Below, piece by piece: positions 10,484 to 21,446 of a DNA stretch of 64,000 nt (its first letter is position 1; every line of letters begins with the position of its first letter). A program made the position numbers and the translations under genes. Under the pieces are notes generated by a model, which worked only from the letters and a program-made list of their open reading frames with translations, had not been told where the DNA came from and did not search any database. Source of the DNA: Acidobacteriota bacterium (lineage in GTDB: Bacteria > Acidobacteriota > Thermoanaerobaculia > Gp7-AA8); the NCBI GenBank assembly GCA_019244185.1, contig JAFATB010000013.1:1-64000 (forward strand), read 5' to 3'.

Positions 10484-13042
10484 ATGAAGGAGCTTCTCGC
10501 CTCGACGGGCGGCGTGTTCCGGAAACTCGTCGAGGAAGCGCGCGATGTCGCCATTCTCCTGCTCGATGCGCGCGGGGGGATCGAGTTGTGGAATGAAGGC
10601 GCGCAGCGCATCTTCGGCTACACCGCCGAGGAGGTCCACGGCCGGCATTTCTCGCTCCTCTTTCTTCCGGCTGATGTCGACTCCGGCGTCCCCGAGGCCG
10701 AGCTCGCGTCCGCATTCGACCGCGGCAGCGCCGACGATACGCGATGGCACGTGCACCGCGACGGCCACGCGATCTTCGTCGACGGCATGACCATGCCGCT
10801 CTTCGCCGACGACGACGGCCGTCTGCTCGGCTACTCGAAGTTCGCGCGCGACGTCACCGAACGCCGGCGCACGGAAGAACGTCTCGCCGCGCAGCTCTCG
10901 CTCACGCGTCTGCTCAACGAAGACCAGGCCTTCAGCGTCGCCGCGCCGCAGGTCATGCAGATCGTCTGCGAGAACCTCGGCTGGGACATCGGCGCGCTCT
11001 GGGAAGTGCGCGGCGACCGCATGCGCTGCGTCGATCTCTGGCACGCGACGTATGTCGACGGCACCGCGGCGGCGGCGCTCTGTCGCGGCCAGGAACAGCC
11101 GCGCGGCGCGGGCCTGATCGGCGAAGTGTGGGAGACGCGCGACGCGGAGTGGGTGAAAGACTTCAGCGACGGCAAGCGCTTTCCGCGCGCGGAGCTCGCC
11201 GCGGCCGCGGGCATGCGCGCGGCGTTCGCGTTTCCGATCATCCACGAAGGACGCGTCTCCGGCGCGATGGAGTTCTTCAGCCGCGCGCCGCGCGAGCCGG
11301 AGCAGGCGCTGCTGCCGGTGATGACGCTCATCGGCGCGCAGATCGGCGACTACATCGATCGCCGCCGCACGCATCAGGCGCTGCGCGAGAGCGAAGAGCG
11401 CTACCGGCTCGTCTCGCAGACCGCGCAGGACGCGATCCTCACCATCGACGAGAACAGCGTCATCACGTTCTGCAACCCGGCCGTCGAGCGGATGTTCGGC
11501 TATCGGCCGGAGGAGCTCGTCGGGCAATCGCTCGACGTCATCATTCCGGAGCGGTTGCGCAGCGCGCATCGCGGCGGTGTGCGGCGCTTTCTGCAAACGC
11601 GCGAGCGGCATATCCCGTGGGGCGGGGTCGAGCTGCCGGCGCTGCACAAAGACGGTCACGAGGTGCCGTGCGAGATCTCGTTCGGCGAATGCACGGTCGA
11701 CGGCCGCACGATCTTCACCGGCTTCGCGCGCGACATCACGGAGCGCAATCGCGTCGCGCGCGAGTTCCAGGAACTGCTCGCCCAGGAGCAGGCCGCGCGC
11801 GCGGAGGCGGAGGAAGCGAAGGCGCAGATCGAGCGACGCGCGGACGAGGAAGCGTCGTTCCGCCATCTCGCGAGCGCGCTGAGCGGCGCGGTCGAGATGA
11901 CGGACGTGCTGTACGAGATCACGAACCGCGCGACGCACGTCACGCGCGCTGACGGCGTGTACGTCGAGCGCATCGTCGGCCCCACATCGGCGCGGCAGGT
12001 CGAAGTCGTGGCAGCGGCAGGACGCGGCGTTCCGGCGCGCGGACTGCGGGTGACGTTTCCCGGCTCGCTGACGGAAGAGATCATGACCGGCGCGGCGCCG
12101 GTGATCCTCGCCGACATGAAGGCGCTCGGCCGCGAGATGGCGCCGTATCTCGCCGACATCTGTCCGCGCTGCGAGCTGCTCGTCACGCCGCTGGTCGCGG
12201 AAAAAGAGCCGCTCGGCGCGCTGGTGCTGCTCAACAGCGGCACGTCGGGACGCCACTTCGGCGACGGCGACATCGTGCGCGCGCGCACCCTCGGCGATCT
12301 CACCTCGCTCGCGCTGCGCCGCGTGCGGCTGATGGAAGAAGAGCGCGAGGCGAAGGAGCGCGCGGAGGCGGCCGTGCGCGTCCGCGACGAAACGCTCGGC
12401 ATCGTCTCGCACGATCTGCGCAACCCGCTGACGAAGGTCGCGCTGAGCGCCGACCTCCTCGTCGATGCGACGCCCGAGGAACAGCCGGAGCTCGTCGAAA
12501 CGATCCGCAATGCCGCGAAACAGATGCAGCGGCTGATTCAGGACCTGCTCGACGTCGCGCGGATCGAGGCGGCGGGACGCTTGTCCGTCGCGCTGGCTCC
12601 GATCGAGGCGGCGGACATCGTGCGCGAGGTCTGCGACACGAACTCGGCGCTCGCGCAGCAGAAGCAGGTGCGCATCGTGTGCGAGATGCCGGCGCAGCTG
12701 CCGCGCATCTGCGCCGACCACGACCGGCTCGTGCAGGTCTTCGGAAACCTCATCGGCAACGCGATCAAGTTCACGCCGCCGCGCGGCACGATCTCGATCG
12801 AGGCGAAGCCGGCCAACGGCTTCGTGCAGTTCACGGTGCACGACACCGGTCCCGGCATCCCCGCCGCCGATCTCAAGAACGTCTTCACGCCGTACTGGCA
12901 GGCGAAGAAGACCGCGCACATGGGCGCGGGACTCGGGCTCGCGATCGTGCGCGGCATCGTCGAGTCGCACGGCGGACGCGTCTGGGCGGAGAACGATCCC
13001 CGCGGCGGCGCGGTGTTCCGCTTCACGATTCCGACGGCGTAG
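10484..13042 (+). CDS. Sensor histidine kinase PAS-GAF-PAS-GAF-HisKA-HATPase
   Basis: WNEGAQRIFGY PAS, GAF, second PAS, VSHDLRNPL, NLIGNAIKFT, GAGLGLAIV; ATG 10484 with GGGGGAG upstream. Confidence 0.92.
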   Translation: MKELLASTGGVFRKLVEEARDVAILLLDARGGIELWNEGAQRIFGYTAEEVHGRHFSLLFLPADVDSGVPEAELASAFDRGSADDTRWHVHRDGHAIFVDGMTMPLFADDDGRLLGYSKFARDVTERRRTEERLAAQLSLTRLLNEDQAFSVAAPQVMQIVCENLGWDIGALWEVRGDRMRCVDLWHATYVDGTAAAALCRGQEQPRGAGLIGEVWETRDAEWVKDFSDGKRFPRAELAAAAGMRAAFAFPIIHEGRVSGAMEFFSRAPREPEQALLPVMTLIGAQIGDYIDRRRTHQALRESEERYRLVSQTAQDAILTIDENSVITFCNPAVERMFGYRPEELVGQSLDVIIPERLRSAHRGGVRRFLQTRERHIPWGGVELPALHKDGHEVPCEISFGECTVDGRTIFTGFARDITERNRVAREFQELLAQEQAARAEAEEAKAQIERRADEEASFRHLASALSGAVEMTDVLYEITNRATHVTRADGVYVERIVGPTSARQVEVVAAAGRGVPARGLRVTFPGSLTEEIMTGAAPVILADMKALGREMAPYLADICPRCELLVTPLVAEKEPLGALVLLNSGTSGRHFGDGDIVRARTLGDLTSLALRRVRLMEEEREAKERAEAAVRVRDETLGIVSHDLRNPLTKVALSADLLVDATPEEQPELVETIRNAAKQMQRLIQDLLDVARIEAAGRLSVALAPIEAADIVREVCDTNSALAQQKQVRIVCEMPAQLPRICADHDRLVQVFGNLIGNAIKFTPPRGTISIEAKPANGFVQFTVHDTGPGIPAADLKNVFTPYWQAKKTAHMGAGLGLAIVRGIVESHGGRVWAENDPRGGAVFRFTIPTA

Positions 13043-13054
13043 GTTCCCTGCGTT

Positions 13055-13525
13055 TCAGCTCGACGCGATCGCACCGACCTTCGCGTTCGTCGCGCGCAGG
13101 TAATCCGCGGGTGCGATGAGGATCTGCGCGCCGCGCATGCCGGCCGAGATCGAGATCACATCGAAGAGCTCGATGGTCTCGTCGACGAAGACGGGATAGC
13201 TCTTCTTCGCCGCGAGCGCGGTGACGCCGCCGCGGATGTAGCCGGTGAGCGGCTGCACTTCTTTCAGCGCGACGGTATCGATCTTCTTGTCGCCGGTGAG
13301 CTGCGCCAGCGCTTTGAGATCGAGCTGCTGATCGCCGGGCACGACCGCGAAGCAGACGCCGTGCTTGTCGCCGCGCGCCACGAGCGTCTTGAAGACCTGT
13401 TCGGGCGGGAAGCCGATCTTCGCGGCAACGCTCTCCGCGGTGAGGTCGTCGGGGTCGACATCGTACTCGCGCAGCTCGTAGCGGATGCCGAGCGAGTCGA
13501 GCAGGCGGGCGGCGTTCGTTTTCAT
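13055..13525 (-). CDS. ybaK: Cys-tRNA(Pro) deacylase
   Basis: [37 protein letters not shown] motifs. Confidence 0.93.
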   Translation of the reverse strand: MKTNAARLLDSLGIRYELREYDVDPDDLTAESVAAKIGFPPEQVFKTLVARGDKHGVCFAVVPGDQQLDLKALAQLTGDKKIDTVALKEVQPLTGYIRGGVTALAAKKSYPVFVDETIELFDVISISAGMRGAQILIAPADYLRATNAKVGAIASS

Positions 13526-13611
13526 CTCATGCAACTCTACAGGCTCGCGATTTGCTTCGCATGAACGCGGCCCCGCCCGCGTCGCCGGCGGCGCGACCGG
13601 GGAGTGGACGA

Positions 13612-14682
13612 GTGAAGGCGAAGCAGAAGATCGTCATTTTCGGTTTGACCGTCAGCTCTTCCTGGGGGAACGGGCACGCCACTCTCTGGCGCGCGCTTCT
13701 CCGCTCGCTGACATCCCTCGGTCACGAGGTGACGTTCTTCGAACGCGACGTGCCGTATTACGCGGCCCATCGCGACCTTCACCGCGGTGCCGGCTACGAA
13801 CTGCTGTTGTATCGCACATGGGCTGACGCACTTCCACTCGCCGAGGATGCGCTGGCGGACGCGGACGTGGCCGTGGTGACGTCGTACTGTCCCGACGCGA
13901 ACCTCGCCACGGAGCTCATTCTCTCGAAATCGCATCTGCTGCACGTCTTCTATGACCTCGACACGCCGGTGACGCTCGATCGTCTCGATGCCGGCGAACG
14001 TGTCGAGTATCTCCCGCCGGACGCTTTCGCGCGCTTCGATCTCGTGCTTAGCTTCACCGGCGGACGCGCGCTCGACGAACTGCGCACGCGCCTCGGCGCG
14101 CGCCGCGCGGTGCCGCTCTACGGCTCCGTCGATGCGGGCGCGCATCATCCCGTCGCGCCGCATCCGCGTTACGTCTCCGATCTCTCGTACCTCGGCACGT
14201 ACGCCGCCGACCGGCAGGAAGGCGTCGAGCGTCTCTTCCTCGGCGCCGCGCGCGCGTTGCCGGAGAAGCGTTTCGTCGTCGGCGGCTCGCAGTATCCGAG
14301 CGAGTTTCCGTGGAGCGACAACATCTGGTTCTTCCAGCACGTGCCGCCGCCGGAACATCCGGCGTTCTATTGCTCGTCGAACGTCACGTTGAACGTGACG
14401 CGCGGCGCGATGGCGAAACGCGGCTACTGCCCGTCGGGACGTTTGTTCGAAGCGGCCGCGTGCGGCACGCCGATCCTCAGCGACACCTTCGACGGACTCG
14501 ACACCTTCTTCGAGCCGGGACGCGAGATCCTGCTTGCGCGGACGACCGACGAAGCGATCGACGCGCTGCAGCGTCCGCGCGACGAGCTCGCGGCGATCGG
14601 CACCGCCGCGCGCACACGCGCGCTCGCGGAGCACACGTCGGATGTGCGCGCGCAACAGATGATCGAGGCGTTTGAAAATTAG
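13612..14682 (+). CDS. CgeB-family glycosyltransferase
   Basis: [45 protein letters not shown]; start GTG 13612 is uncertain. Confidence 0.85.
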   Translation: MKAKQKIVIFGLTVSSSWGNGHATLWRALLRSLTSLGHEVTFFERDVPYYAAHRDLHRGAGYELLLYRTWADALPLAEDALADADVAVVTSYCPDANLATELILSKSHLLHVFYDLDTPVTLDRLDAGERVEYLPPDAFARFDLVLSFTGGRALDELRTRLGARRAVPLYGSVDAGAHHPVAPHPRYVSDLSYLGTYAADRQEGVERLFLGAARALPEKRFVVGGSQYPSEFPWSDNIWFFQHVPPPEHPAFYCSSNVTLNVTRGAMAKRGYCPSGRLFEAAACGTPILSDTFDGLDTFFEPGREILLARTTDEAIDALQRPRDELAAIGTAARTRALAEHTSDVRAQQMIEAFEN

Positions 14683-14693
14683 GGAGGCCGCAC

Positions 14694-15449
14694 ATGTGGG
14701 GCATCGTTCCCGCCGCCGGAATCGGCAGCCGCATTCAGCCGCTCGCATTCAGCAAGGAGTTGCTCCCGGTCGGCAGCCGCTTCGAAGGCGAGGTCGAGCG
14801 GCCGCGGGCGGTCAGCGAGTATCTCGTCGACCGCATGCTGCGCGCCGGCGCCACGCGCATCTGCTTCGTCATCTCGCCCGGCAAGTCCGACATCGTCTCG
14901 TACTTTGGGGGCGCGATCGGCGACGCGTCGCTCTGCTACGTCGTGCAGCAGCAGCCGAACGGTTTGTGCGACGCGCTCTTCCACGCGCTGCCGTTCATTC
15001 CGCCGGACGAGCACGTGCTCGTCGGTCTGCCGGATACGGTCTGGTTTCCGGAGAACGGCTTCGACGCGCTGGGCGATGACGACTTTTCGTTCCTCTGTTT
15101 TCCGGTCGATCGTCCCGAGTTCTTCGACGCGGTCGTGATCGGCGACGACGATCGCGTGCTCGAGGTGCAGGTGAAGACGCCCGGCGCGCGCTCGCATTGG
15201 ATCTGGGGCGCGTTCAAGCTACGCGCGCGCGTGCTCGCGGAACTGCGCGACGTCTGGCGCGAGCGTGGCGCATCCGATCACTACATCGGCACGGTCGTGA
15301 ACGCGTGGCTCGCGCGCGGCGGGAGCGCGCGCGCCGTGCGCGCCGGCACCGCGTACGTCGACGTCGGCACGCTGCATGGCTATCGCGAGGCGATCACGCT
15401 CCTCGGCGCGAGCGACGCGCAGGCCGCGGCGCGCGGCGCGCCGCGGTGA
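14694..15449 (+). CDS. Sugar-phosphate nucleotidyltransferase family protein
   Basis: GIVPAAGIGSRIQPLAFSKELLPV, YVVQQQPNGLCDA, YVDVGT; SD GGAGG. Confidence 0.88.
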   Translation: MWGIVPAAGIGSRIQPLAFSKELLPVGSRFEGEVERPRAVSEYLVDRMLRAGATRICFVISPGKSDIVSYFGGAIGDASLCYVVQQQPNGLCDALFHALPFIPPDEHVLVGLPDTVWFPENGFDALGDDDFSFLCFPVDRPEFFDAVVIGDDDRVLEVQVKTPGARSHWIWGAFKLRARVLAELRDVWRERGASDHYIGTVVNAWLARGGSARAVRAGTAYVDVGTLHGYREAITLLGASDAQAAARGAPR

Positions 15450-15604
15450 ACGTTCTTCGAACGTGATGCGGGTCACGAACGCACCGCCGCAACGCGCGCA
15501 CGCTGCACCTCGTGCGTGACGCCGTGAGCACCGCCGCCCCCTCGCTCGGGAATGGCGGCTCTCGGGGTCGTCGTTACGCCGAATAACTTCGGAGACCAAG
15601 CGAC

Positions 15605-18600
15605 TTGAACCGTTATCTGGCGTATGGGCTGACGTGTATTCTCGCGATCGTGGCCACGGCCGCGCACGCAACCACCATCGTGCTGCCGAGCGACGAGCAG
15701 CTCATCGACAAAGCGCCGGTCATCGTCGCCGGAACGGTCGCTTCGACGCTGCCGGTCGAGCGCAACGGGCGCATCTGGACCGACACCGTCGTCAACGTCA
15801 CGCGCACGATCAAAGGCGCGACGCCGCGGACGATCACCGTCTCCGAACTCGGCGGCGTCATCGACGATCGCATCACGAAGATCTTCGGCGCCGCGGAGTA
15901 TCACGCGAACGAGAACGTGCTGCTCTTCCTCGAGCCGTCGCCGCACGGCGGCTATCGCACGATGGATCTCTACGTCGGCAAGCTGACGGAAGGGACGATG
16001 ATCGACGGACGCCGTCTGTGGATGCGCGACGACGCCGGCGCGGACGTCTCGCTGCTCGACACCGATCTCCGTCCGCTGCATGGAAAAAACGTGCAGCGCG
16101 AGGCCGCCGGCTTCGAGAGCTTCGTCGCCGAGCGCGTCGCGGGACGCGCGGGCAATCGCGCGTACGGCGTCGAGAACCCCGCGCTCGACCGCAAGACGGT
16201 CTCGGCGATGGGACGCCTGCAGGAAAACTTCACGCTGATGACGGAAGGCAACGTCTACCGCTGGTTCGCGTTCGACAACGGCGGCAGCGCGGCGTGGTAC
16301 AGCAGCGGCACGCAACCGGGCTACACCGGCGGCGGCGTCAACGAGACGCAGACGGCGATGGCGGCGTGGACGAGCTATTCGTCCGCGAAGATCCGCTACA
16401 CGTACGCCGGCACGCGCAGCGGCCCGCCGGGCGGACTCGACGCGTCGAACGGCGTCAACGAGGTGCTCTTCAACGATCCGCTCAACGACATCGCGGGCAG
16501 CTGGAACGGCAGTTCGGGCGTCGTCGGCCTCGGCGGCTTCACCGGCGTCGCGTTCGGCGGCAACTGGACCGCGCCGTTCACCGCGGATGCGAACCATCCC
16601 GCGGGCACCGTGCACGCGTACAACTTGACCGAAGGCGATCTCACGATTCAGGACAACGTGCAGCCGTCGAAAGGCATCAGCAGCGCGCGGCTCGCCGAGA
16701 TCATCGCCCACGAATTCGGCCACACCCTCGGCATCGGTCACAGCGCCGATCCCACCGCGCTCATGTATCCCTCGGTCACCGGCCTCGGCGCATCGTTACG
16801 CGCCGACGACCAGCTCGCCGCGCGCTGGCTCTATCCGAACGGCAACGTCAGCGATCCGCCGCCCGCGGTCACTTTGCCTGCCGCGCCGACGTCGCTCACC
16901 GCGAACGCCGGCAGCAACTACGCGGACCTCGCGTGGAACGACAACGCGAACAACGAGACCGGTGAGTCGATCTACATCGCCGTCGGCTCGGGCTCGTTCC
17001 AGAAAGTCGGCGACGTCTCCGCGAACACGACCAGCGCGCGCGTCAACGGCCTCACCAGCGGCACGTATCGTTTCTACGTCGTCGCGTTCAACACGGCCGG
17101 CACCTCGTCGCCGTCGAACATCGCGACGGTGACGCTCTCGACGACGTCGACGCCGCTCGTGGCGTCGTTCACGTACTCGCCGTCGAGCGGCACGGCCGGC
17201 ATCACGAACTTCTCCTTCACCGACACGTCGACCGGCGCGACCTCGCGCACCTGGACGTTCGGCGACGGCGCGAGCGCGACCAGCGCGACCGCGAACCACA
17301 TCTACGCGACCGCCGGTACGTTCACGGTCACGCTGAGCGTGAGCAACGGCAGCGCGTCGACGACGGCGACGCAGAGTGTCACCGTCACGAATCCGCTCTC
17401 CGCGAACTTCAACTGGTCGCCGGCCAATCCGACGACCGACGACACAATCGTCTTCAGCGACGAGTCGAGCAGCGGCGTGACCTCGCGCCTCTGGAGCTTC
17501 GGCGACGGCACCAACTCGACGCTGCCCGCGCCGGCGCACAAGTACGCGTCGCCCGCGACGTACAGCGTCACTCTGACCGTTTATCGGGATAGCGTGCCCG
17601 CGACGATCACGAAGCCGGTCACGGTGGCCGCGGGCGCGCCGCTGACGCCGAGCGTGCAGGCGGGCTTCACGTTCGCGCCGCAGACGATCTCCGCGGGCGC
17701 GCCGGTGACCTTCACCGACACCACCAGCGGCGCGCCGACGTCGTGGTCGTGGTCGTTCGGCGACGGCGCCACGTCGAGCGCACAGAATCCGGTGCACACG
17801 TTCGCGTCGGCGGGCACGTTCACCGTCTCGCTCACGGCCGCGAACGCCGCCGGCTCTAGCACGTTCTCGCAGTTCGTCACCGTCACCTCGCTGCAGGTCT
17901 ATCGTTCGCTGATCTCGGTGACCGCGCAGACGAACGGCATCGGCGGCACGTCGTGGCGGACGGAGCTCACGCTCTTCAACGCCGGCACGCAGGGCGCGAA
18001 CGTGAACCTGCTCTTCCTCCCCGGGGCCGGCGGCAGCGTCATCACGCGCAGCGTCTTCCTCACGCCGCGGCAGTCGGTGACGTACGCGAACACGCTGCTC
18101 GATCTCTTCGGGATGCCGAGCGGCGCGGGCGCGCTGGCGATCGAAGCGTCGAGCGCGGGCGCGGACGCGGTGCTGAAAGTCAACAGCCGTACGTTCACCG
18201 GCGGCAGCGTCGGCACGTACGGCCAGTCGGTGCCCGACGTGACGCCGGAGGAGCTCGAGCGGACGCTGTACGTCACCGGCATGCAGTCGAACGTCGACTA
18301 CCGTACGAACTTCGGACTGGTGAACCGCGGCGCGACGCAGGTGTCCGCGACGCTGACGCTGTTCGACAAGAACGGCACGACGGTCGGCGCGACCGACGTG
18401 GCGGTGCCGCCGTCGAACTTCCAGCAGGCGCCGCTGGCGGACTTCTTCCCGCAGCTCGTGGGCCGCTCGTACGACTCGCTGTCGATGCGCATCACCGCGA
18501 CCGCGTCGTCGGCGCTGAGCGCGTACGCGTCGGTGATCGACAACGCCTCGCAGGATCCGATCTACATCCAGGCGCTGCCGGCGCCGTCCGGCGATGCGCT

Positions 18601-19234
18601 CACGATTCCGGTCGTCGGCCGCACGCCCGGCGCGAACGGCACGTTCTGGCGCAGCGACGTGGCGATCTTCAATCCGACGAACGGCCGCCAGACGCTGACG
18701 GTCACGTACGCCGGCGCGCAGAAGCTGCTCGCGCTCAACGCCAGCAGCACGCTGCTCCTCAACGATGTGCTCTCGCTCTACGGCCTCACGTCCGGCAGCG
18801 GAACGCTGGACATCCGCTGGAGCTCCGGCACAGGTCCGGTCGTCACGAGCCGCACGTACACCACGGCGACGACGGGCGGCACGTACGGGCAGTCGATCGA
18901 TCCGGTCGCGGCGTTTGCGCCGGCGATGACCGTGCCGGGCCTGCGCAACGACGGCAGCTTCCGCACGAATGCCGGCTTCGTGAACGGCGGCGATGAGACG
19001 GAGACGTTCACGGTCTCGCTGCTCGCGCCGTCCGGCAATCTCATCGCCCAGACCCTCGTCGGCGTCGACGCGCATCAGCTGATGCAGACGTCGGTGGCCG
19101 CGCTCTTCCCCGGCGTGCCGCTCAGCGGCAACTTCACGCTCGCGGTGGAAGGCGACACGAACGCGAAGCTCTTCGCGTACGGCTCGATGGTCGACAACGC
19201 GTCGGGCGATCCGGTGTTCTTCGCCGGACGTTGA
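15605..19234 (+). CDS. Secreted matrixin/M10-like metalloprotease with FN3, 3 PKD domains and two tandem C-terminal repeats
   Basis: Signal peptide; HEFGHTLGIGHS plus Met-turn ALMYP; FN3 (YRFYVVAFN); PKD WxFGDG x3. Confidence 0.9.
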   Translation: MNRYLAYGLTCILAIVATAAHATTIVLPSDEQLIDKAPVIVAGTVASTLPVERNGRIWTDTVVNVTRTIKGATPRTITVSELGGVIDDRITKIFGAAEYHANENVLLFLEPSPHGGYRTMDLYVGKLTEGTMIDGRRLWMRDDAGADVSLLDTDLRPLHGKNVQREAAGFESFVAERVAGRAGNRAYGVENPALDRKTVSAMGRLQENFTLMTEGNVYRWFAFDNGGSAAWYSSGTQPGYTGGGVNETQTAMAAWTSYSSAKIRYTYAGTRSGPPGGLDASNGVNEVLFNDPLNDIAGSWNGSSGVVGLGGFTGVAFGGNWTAPFTADANHPAGTVHAYNLTEGDLTIQDNVQPSKGISSARLAEIIAHEFGHTLGIGHSADPTALMYPSVTGLGASLRADDQLAARWLYPNGNVSDPPPAVTLPAAPTSLTANAGSNYADLAWNDNANNETGESIYIAVGSGSFQKVGDVSANTTSARVNGLTSGTYRFYVVAFNTAGTSSPSNIATVTLSTTSTPLVASFTYSPSSGTAGITNFSFTDTSTGATSRTWTFGDGASATSATANHIYATAGTFTVTLSVSNGSASTTATQSVTVTNPLSANFNWSPANPTTDDTIVFSDESSSGVTSRLWSFGDGTNSTLPAPAHKYASPATYSVTLTVYRDSVPATITKPVTVAAGAPLTPSVQAGFTFAPQTISAGAPVTFTDTTSGAPTSWSWSFGDGATSSAQNPVHTFASAGTFTVSLTAANAAGSSTFSQFVTVTSLQVYRSLISVTAQTNGIGGTSWRTELTLFNAGTQGANVNLLFLPGAGGSVITRSVFLTPRQSVTYANTLLDLFGMPSGAGALAIEASSAGADAVLKVNSRTFTGGSVGTYGQSVPDVTPEELERTLYVTGMQSNVDYRTNFGLVNRGATQVSATLTLFDKNGTTVGATDVAVPPSNFQQAPLADFFPQLVGRSYDSLSMRITATASSALSAYASVIDNASQDPIYIQALPAPSGDALTIPVVGRTPGANGTFWRSDVAIFNPTNGRQTLTVTYAGAQKLLALNASSTLLLNDVLSLYGLTSGSGTLDIRWSSGTGPVVTSRTYTTATTGGTYGQSIDPVAAFAPAMTVPGLRNDGSFRTNAGFVNGGDETETFTVSLLAPSGNLIAQTLVGVDAHQLMQTSVAALFPGVPLSGNFTLAVEGDTNAKLFAYGSMVDNASGDPVFFAGR

Positions 19235-19246
19235 CGCTGTGAACCG

Positions 19247-20089
19247 TCAGGGCGCGATCCGCAGGAGATCGCGCCCGACGACGATCCTGCCGTGGAAGTG
19301 CTTCGACGCCCGCGCGCGGAACGTCGCGTCCGCATTGCCGGGGATGAGGTGCGTGAGGACGAGCGTCTTCACGTTCGCCTGCTGCGCGAGCACGCCCGCC
19401 TCGTCCGCATTGGTGTGGTAGTGCTCGAGGCGCGCGGCGACGTCGGGCTTATCGACCTTCTCGAAGTACTCCGGCAGATACGCTTCGAGCACGAGGATGT
19501 CCGCGTCCTTCGCGAACTTCACGAGGTTCGGCGTCGGCCGCGTGTCGCCGGAGATGACGACCGTCTCGCCCTTCGACTCGAAGCGGTAGCCGAACGCGTA
19601 CGGCACCGGGCGATGGTCGACCGCGAACGCCGTGACCTTCACCGTGCCGTCGTCGTACACCACGCCTTCGTGCACGATGTGCCAGACGATCGTCGCGCCG
19701 GCGGCGGGATGTTTCTCGAGCAAATCGCGGCGGTAGTGAATGTCCGCCGCGAAAAACTCGAGCATCGCGTCGGCGAGTTGCTTCGTGCCGGGCGGTCCGT
19801 ACAACTGCAGCGGCTCGTTCTTGCGCCCGAACTGCCACGACGTGTCGAAGAGATCGGGTAATCCGCCGGTGTGATCGGAGTGGAGATGCGTGAGAAAGAC
19901 GGCGCGCATCTTCCCGTACTGTAGGTCCGTCGCCGCGACGCGCATCGTGGCGCCGCGTCCCGCGTCGACGACGAACCAGCGGTCGCCCGCGACGACGACG
20001 GTGCACGCGGCGGCGCGATTCGCGTCGGGACGCGGAAAGCCGGTGCCGAGGAGCAGCACTTCCAGGGCGGCGGCGAGGAGCACGTTCAT
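19247..20089 (-). CDS. MBL-fold metallo-hydrolase (RNase Z/AtsA-like)
   Basis: LLGTG, VDAGRG, THLHSDH, VISGDT, YHT, LVLTHL; ATG overlaps the upstream stop. Confidence 0.88.
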   Translation of the reverse strand: MNVLLAAALEVLLLGTGFPRPDANRAAACTVVVAGDRWFVVDAGRGATMRVAATDLQYGKMRAVFLTHLHSDHTGGLPDLFDTSWQFGRKNEPLQLYGPPGTKQLADAMLEFFAADIHYRRDLLEKHPAAGATIVWHIVHEGVVYDDGTVKVTAFAVDHRPVPYAFGYRFESKGETVVISGDTRPTPNLVKFAKDADILVLEAYLPEYFEKVDKPDVAARLEHYHTNADEAGVLAQQANVKTLVLTHLIPGNADATFRARASKHFHGRIVVGRDLLRIAP

Positions 20090-20664
20090 GACGCCGGCGT
20101 CGCGATGAGCGCGTCGTACGCGATCTGCGACCACGTCTCCATCTGCTCGCGCAGCTCCGCGAGCTCGTCGCGCGTCGCCCATCTTCCCGTCATCTTGTCG
20201 GTCTCGCGCACGACGACGTCGCGCTCGTGCGTGTCGAGGATGAACACCGCGCCGAGGTGCACGGAACCGACGTCGGTGGTGTCGTCGTTGAGGATGCCGG
20301 CGAAGGTGAGGTCGTAGTCGCCCGGCACGCCCACTTCTTCTTCGAGCTCTTTCTCGAGTCCGCCGAGGAGGTCGGGCGTGTCCGGATTGATATGCCCGCC
20401 GATGCCGAGCGAGAGTTTGTGATGCAGCCTCGCCTCGGTTTGCTTCTGCGTCCGCTGCAGCAGGAACCACGAGTCGCCGTGGCGGATCAGCACGTACGGG
20501 ATGATCTGCTTGTACTGCGGCGAGACTTCCGCGGTGGGGCGGTCGAGAAAGAAGTGCAGGTCGTGAATCGCGTCGAGGACGTCGTCGACGTCGCGCACGA
20601 GTCCGCGCTCGACGAGCCGCGCGGCGATCGTGCTGCGCTCGACGACCATCACCTGTTCCGTCAT
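20086..20664 (-). CDS. Predicted NUDIX-family phosphoesterase
   Basis: YKQIIPY, SLGIGGHIN, KELEEEV, INDD-like LNDD, VHLG, METWS. Confidence 0.82.
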   Translation of the reverse strand: MTEQVMVVERSTIAARLVERGLVRDVDDVLDAIHDLHFFLDRPTAEVSPQYKQIIPYVLIRHGDSWFLLQRTQKQTEARLHHKLSLGIGGHINPDTPDLLGGLEKELEEEVGVPGDYDLTFAGILNDDTTDVGSVHLGAVFILDTHERDVVVRETDKMTGRWATRDELAELREQMETWSQIAYDALIATPAS

Positions 20665-21380
20665 CGCAAATGCTCCAGTGCGGCGTCGTGCAGGACGCCG
20701 TTCGTCGAGACGCCGCTGCCGCCGTCGTAGCGCGCGTCGCCGCGCAAGTCGGTGAAGCGCCCGCCCGCTTCCTCGACGATGAGCTGCACCGCGGCCATGT
20801 CCCACGCCGCGACCTCGAGGTCGACGGCGATGTCGATCGCGCCTTCCGCCACGAGCATGTGCGCCCAGAAGTCGCCGAAGTCGCGCACGCGCGCGCACTG
20901 CCGCGCGAGCCGCGGGAACGTCGTCATCGAGAGGAACGCCGCGTCGAGCGAGGCCACGCGCGAGACGTGGATCGCGCGTCCGTTGCAGAACGCGCCTTCG
21001 CCCGCGGCCGCCCACCAGCGCCGCGCCAGCGCGGGCGCGGAGACGACGCCGATCGTGACGCGCCCGCGTTCTTCGAGCGCGAGCAGCGACGCGAACACGG
21101 GAACGCCGCGGACGTAGTTCTTCGTGCCGTCGATCGGATCGACGATCCAGCGCCGTTCCGCGGCGCCGCTCGTGCCGAATTCCTCGCCGGCGACGCCGTC
21201 GTGCGGACGCTCGTGCGCGAGGCGCTCGCGGATCATCCGCTCGGTCGCCTCGTCGGCGTCGGAGACGGGCGAGCGGTCGCTCTTGAGGCGCACGCCGAGG
21301 GAAGGGGAGCCGAAGCTGGCCATCGCGATCGCGTCCGCCGCATCGGCGAGCGAGAGCGCGAGCGCGAGATCGGCGTGCAT
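20661..21380 (-). CDS. hisN: Histidinol-phosphatase, inositol monophosphatase family
   Basis: KSDRSPVSDAD, GEEFG, WIVDPIDGTKNYVRG, FGDFW, WDMAA motifs. Confidence 0.82.
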   Translation of the reverse strand: MHADLALALSLADAADAIAMASFGSPSLGVRLKSDRSPVSDADEATERMIRERLAHERPHDGVAGEEFGTSGAAERRWIVDPIDGTKNYVRGVPVFASLLALEERGRVTIGVVSAPALARRWWAAAGEGAFCNGRAIHVSRVASLDAAFLSMTTFPRLARQCARVRDFGDFWAHMLVAEGAIDIAVDLEVAAWDMAAVQLIVEEAGGRFTDLRGDARYDGGSGVSTNGVLHDAALEHLR

Positions 21381-21446
21381 CGGGCGCGGAGCGTAGCACG
21401 CTGCAACTTTGCGCGGCGCCGGTTGTCTTAGAGGTGAAACAGGCTC

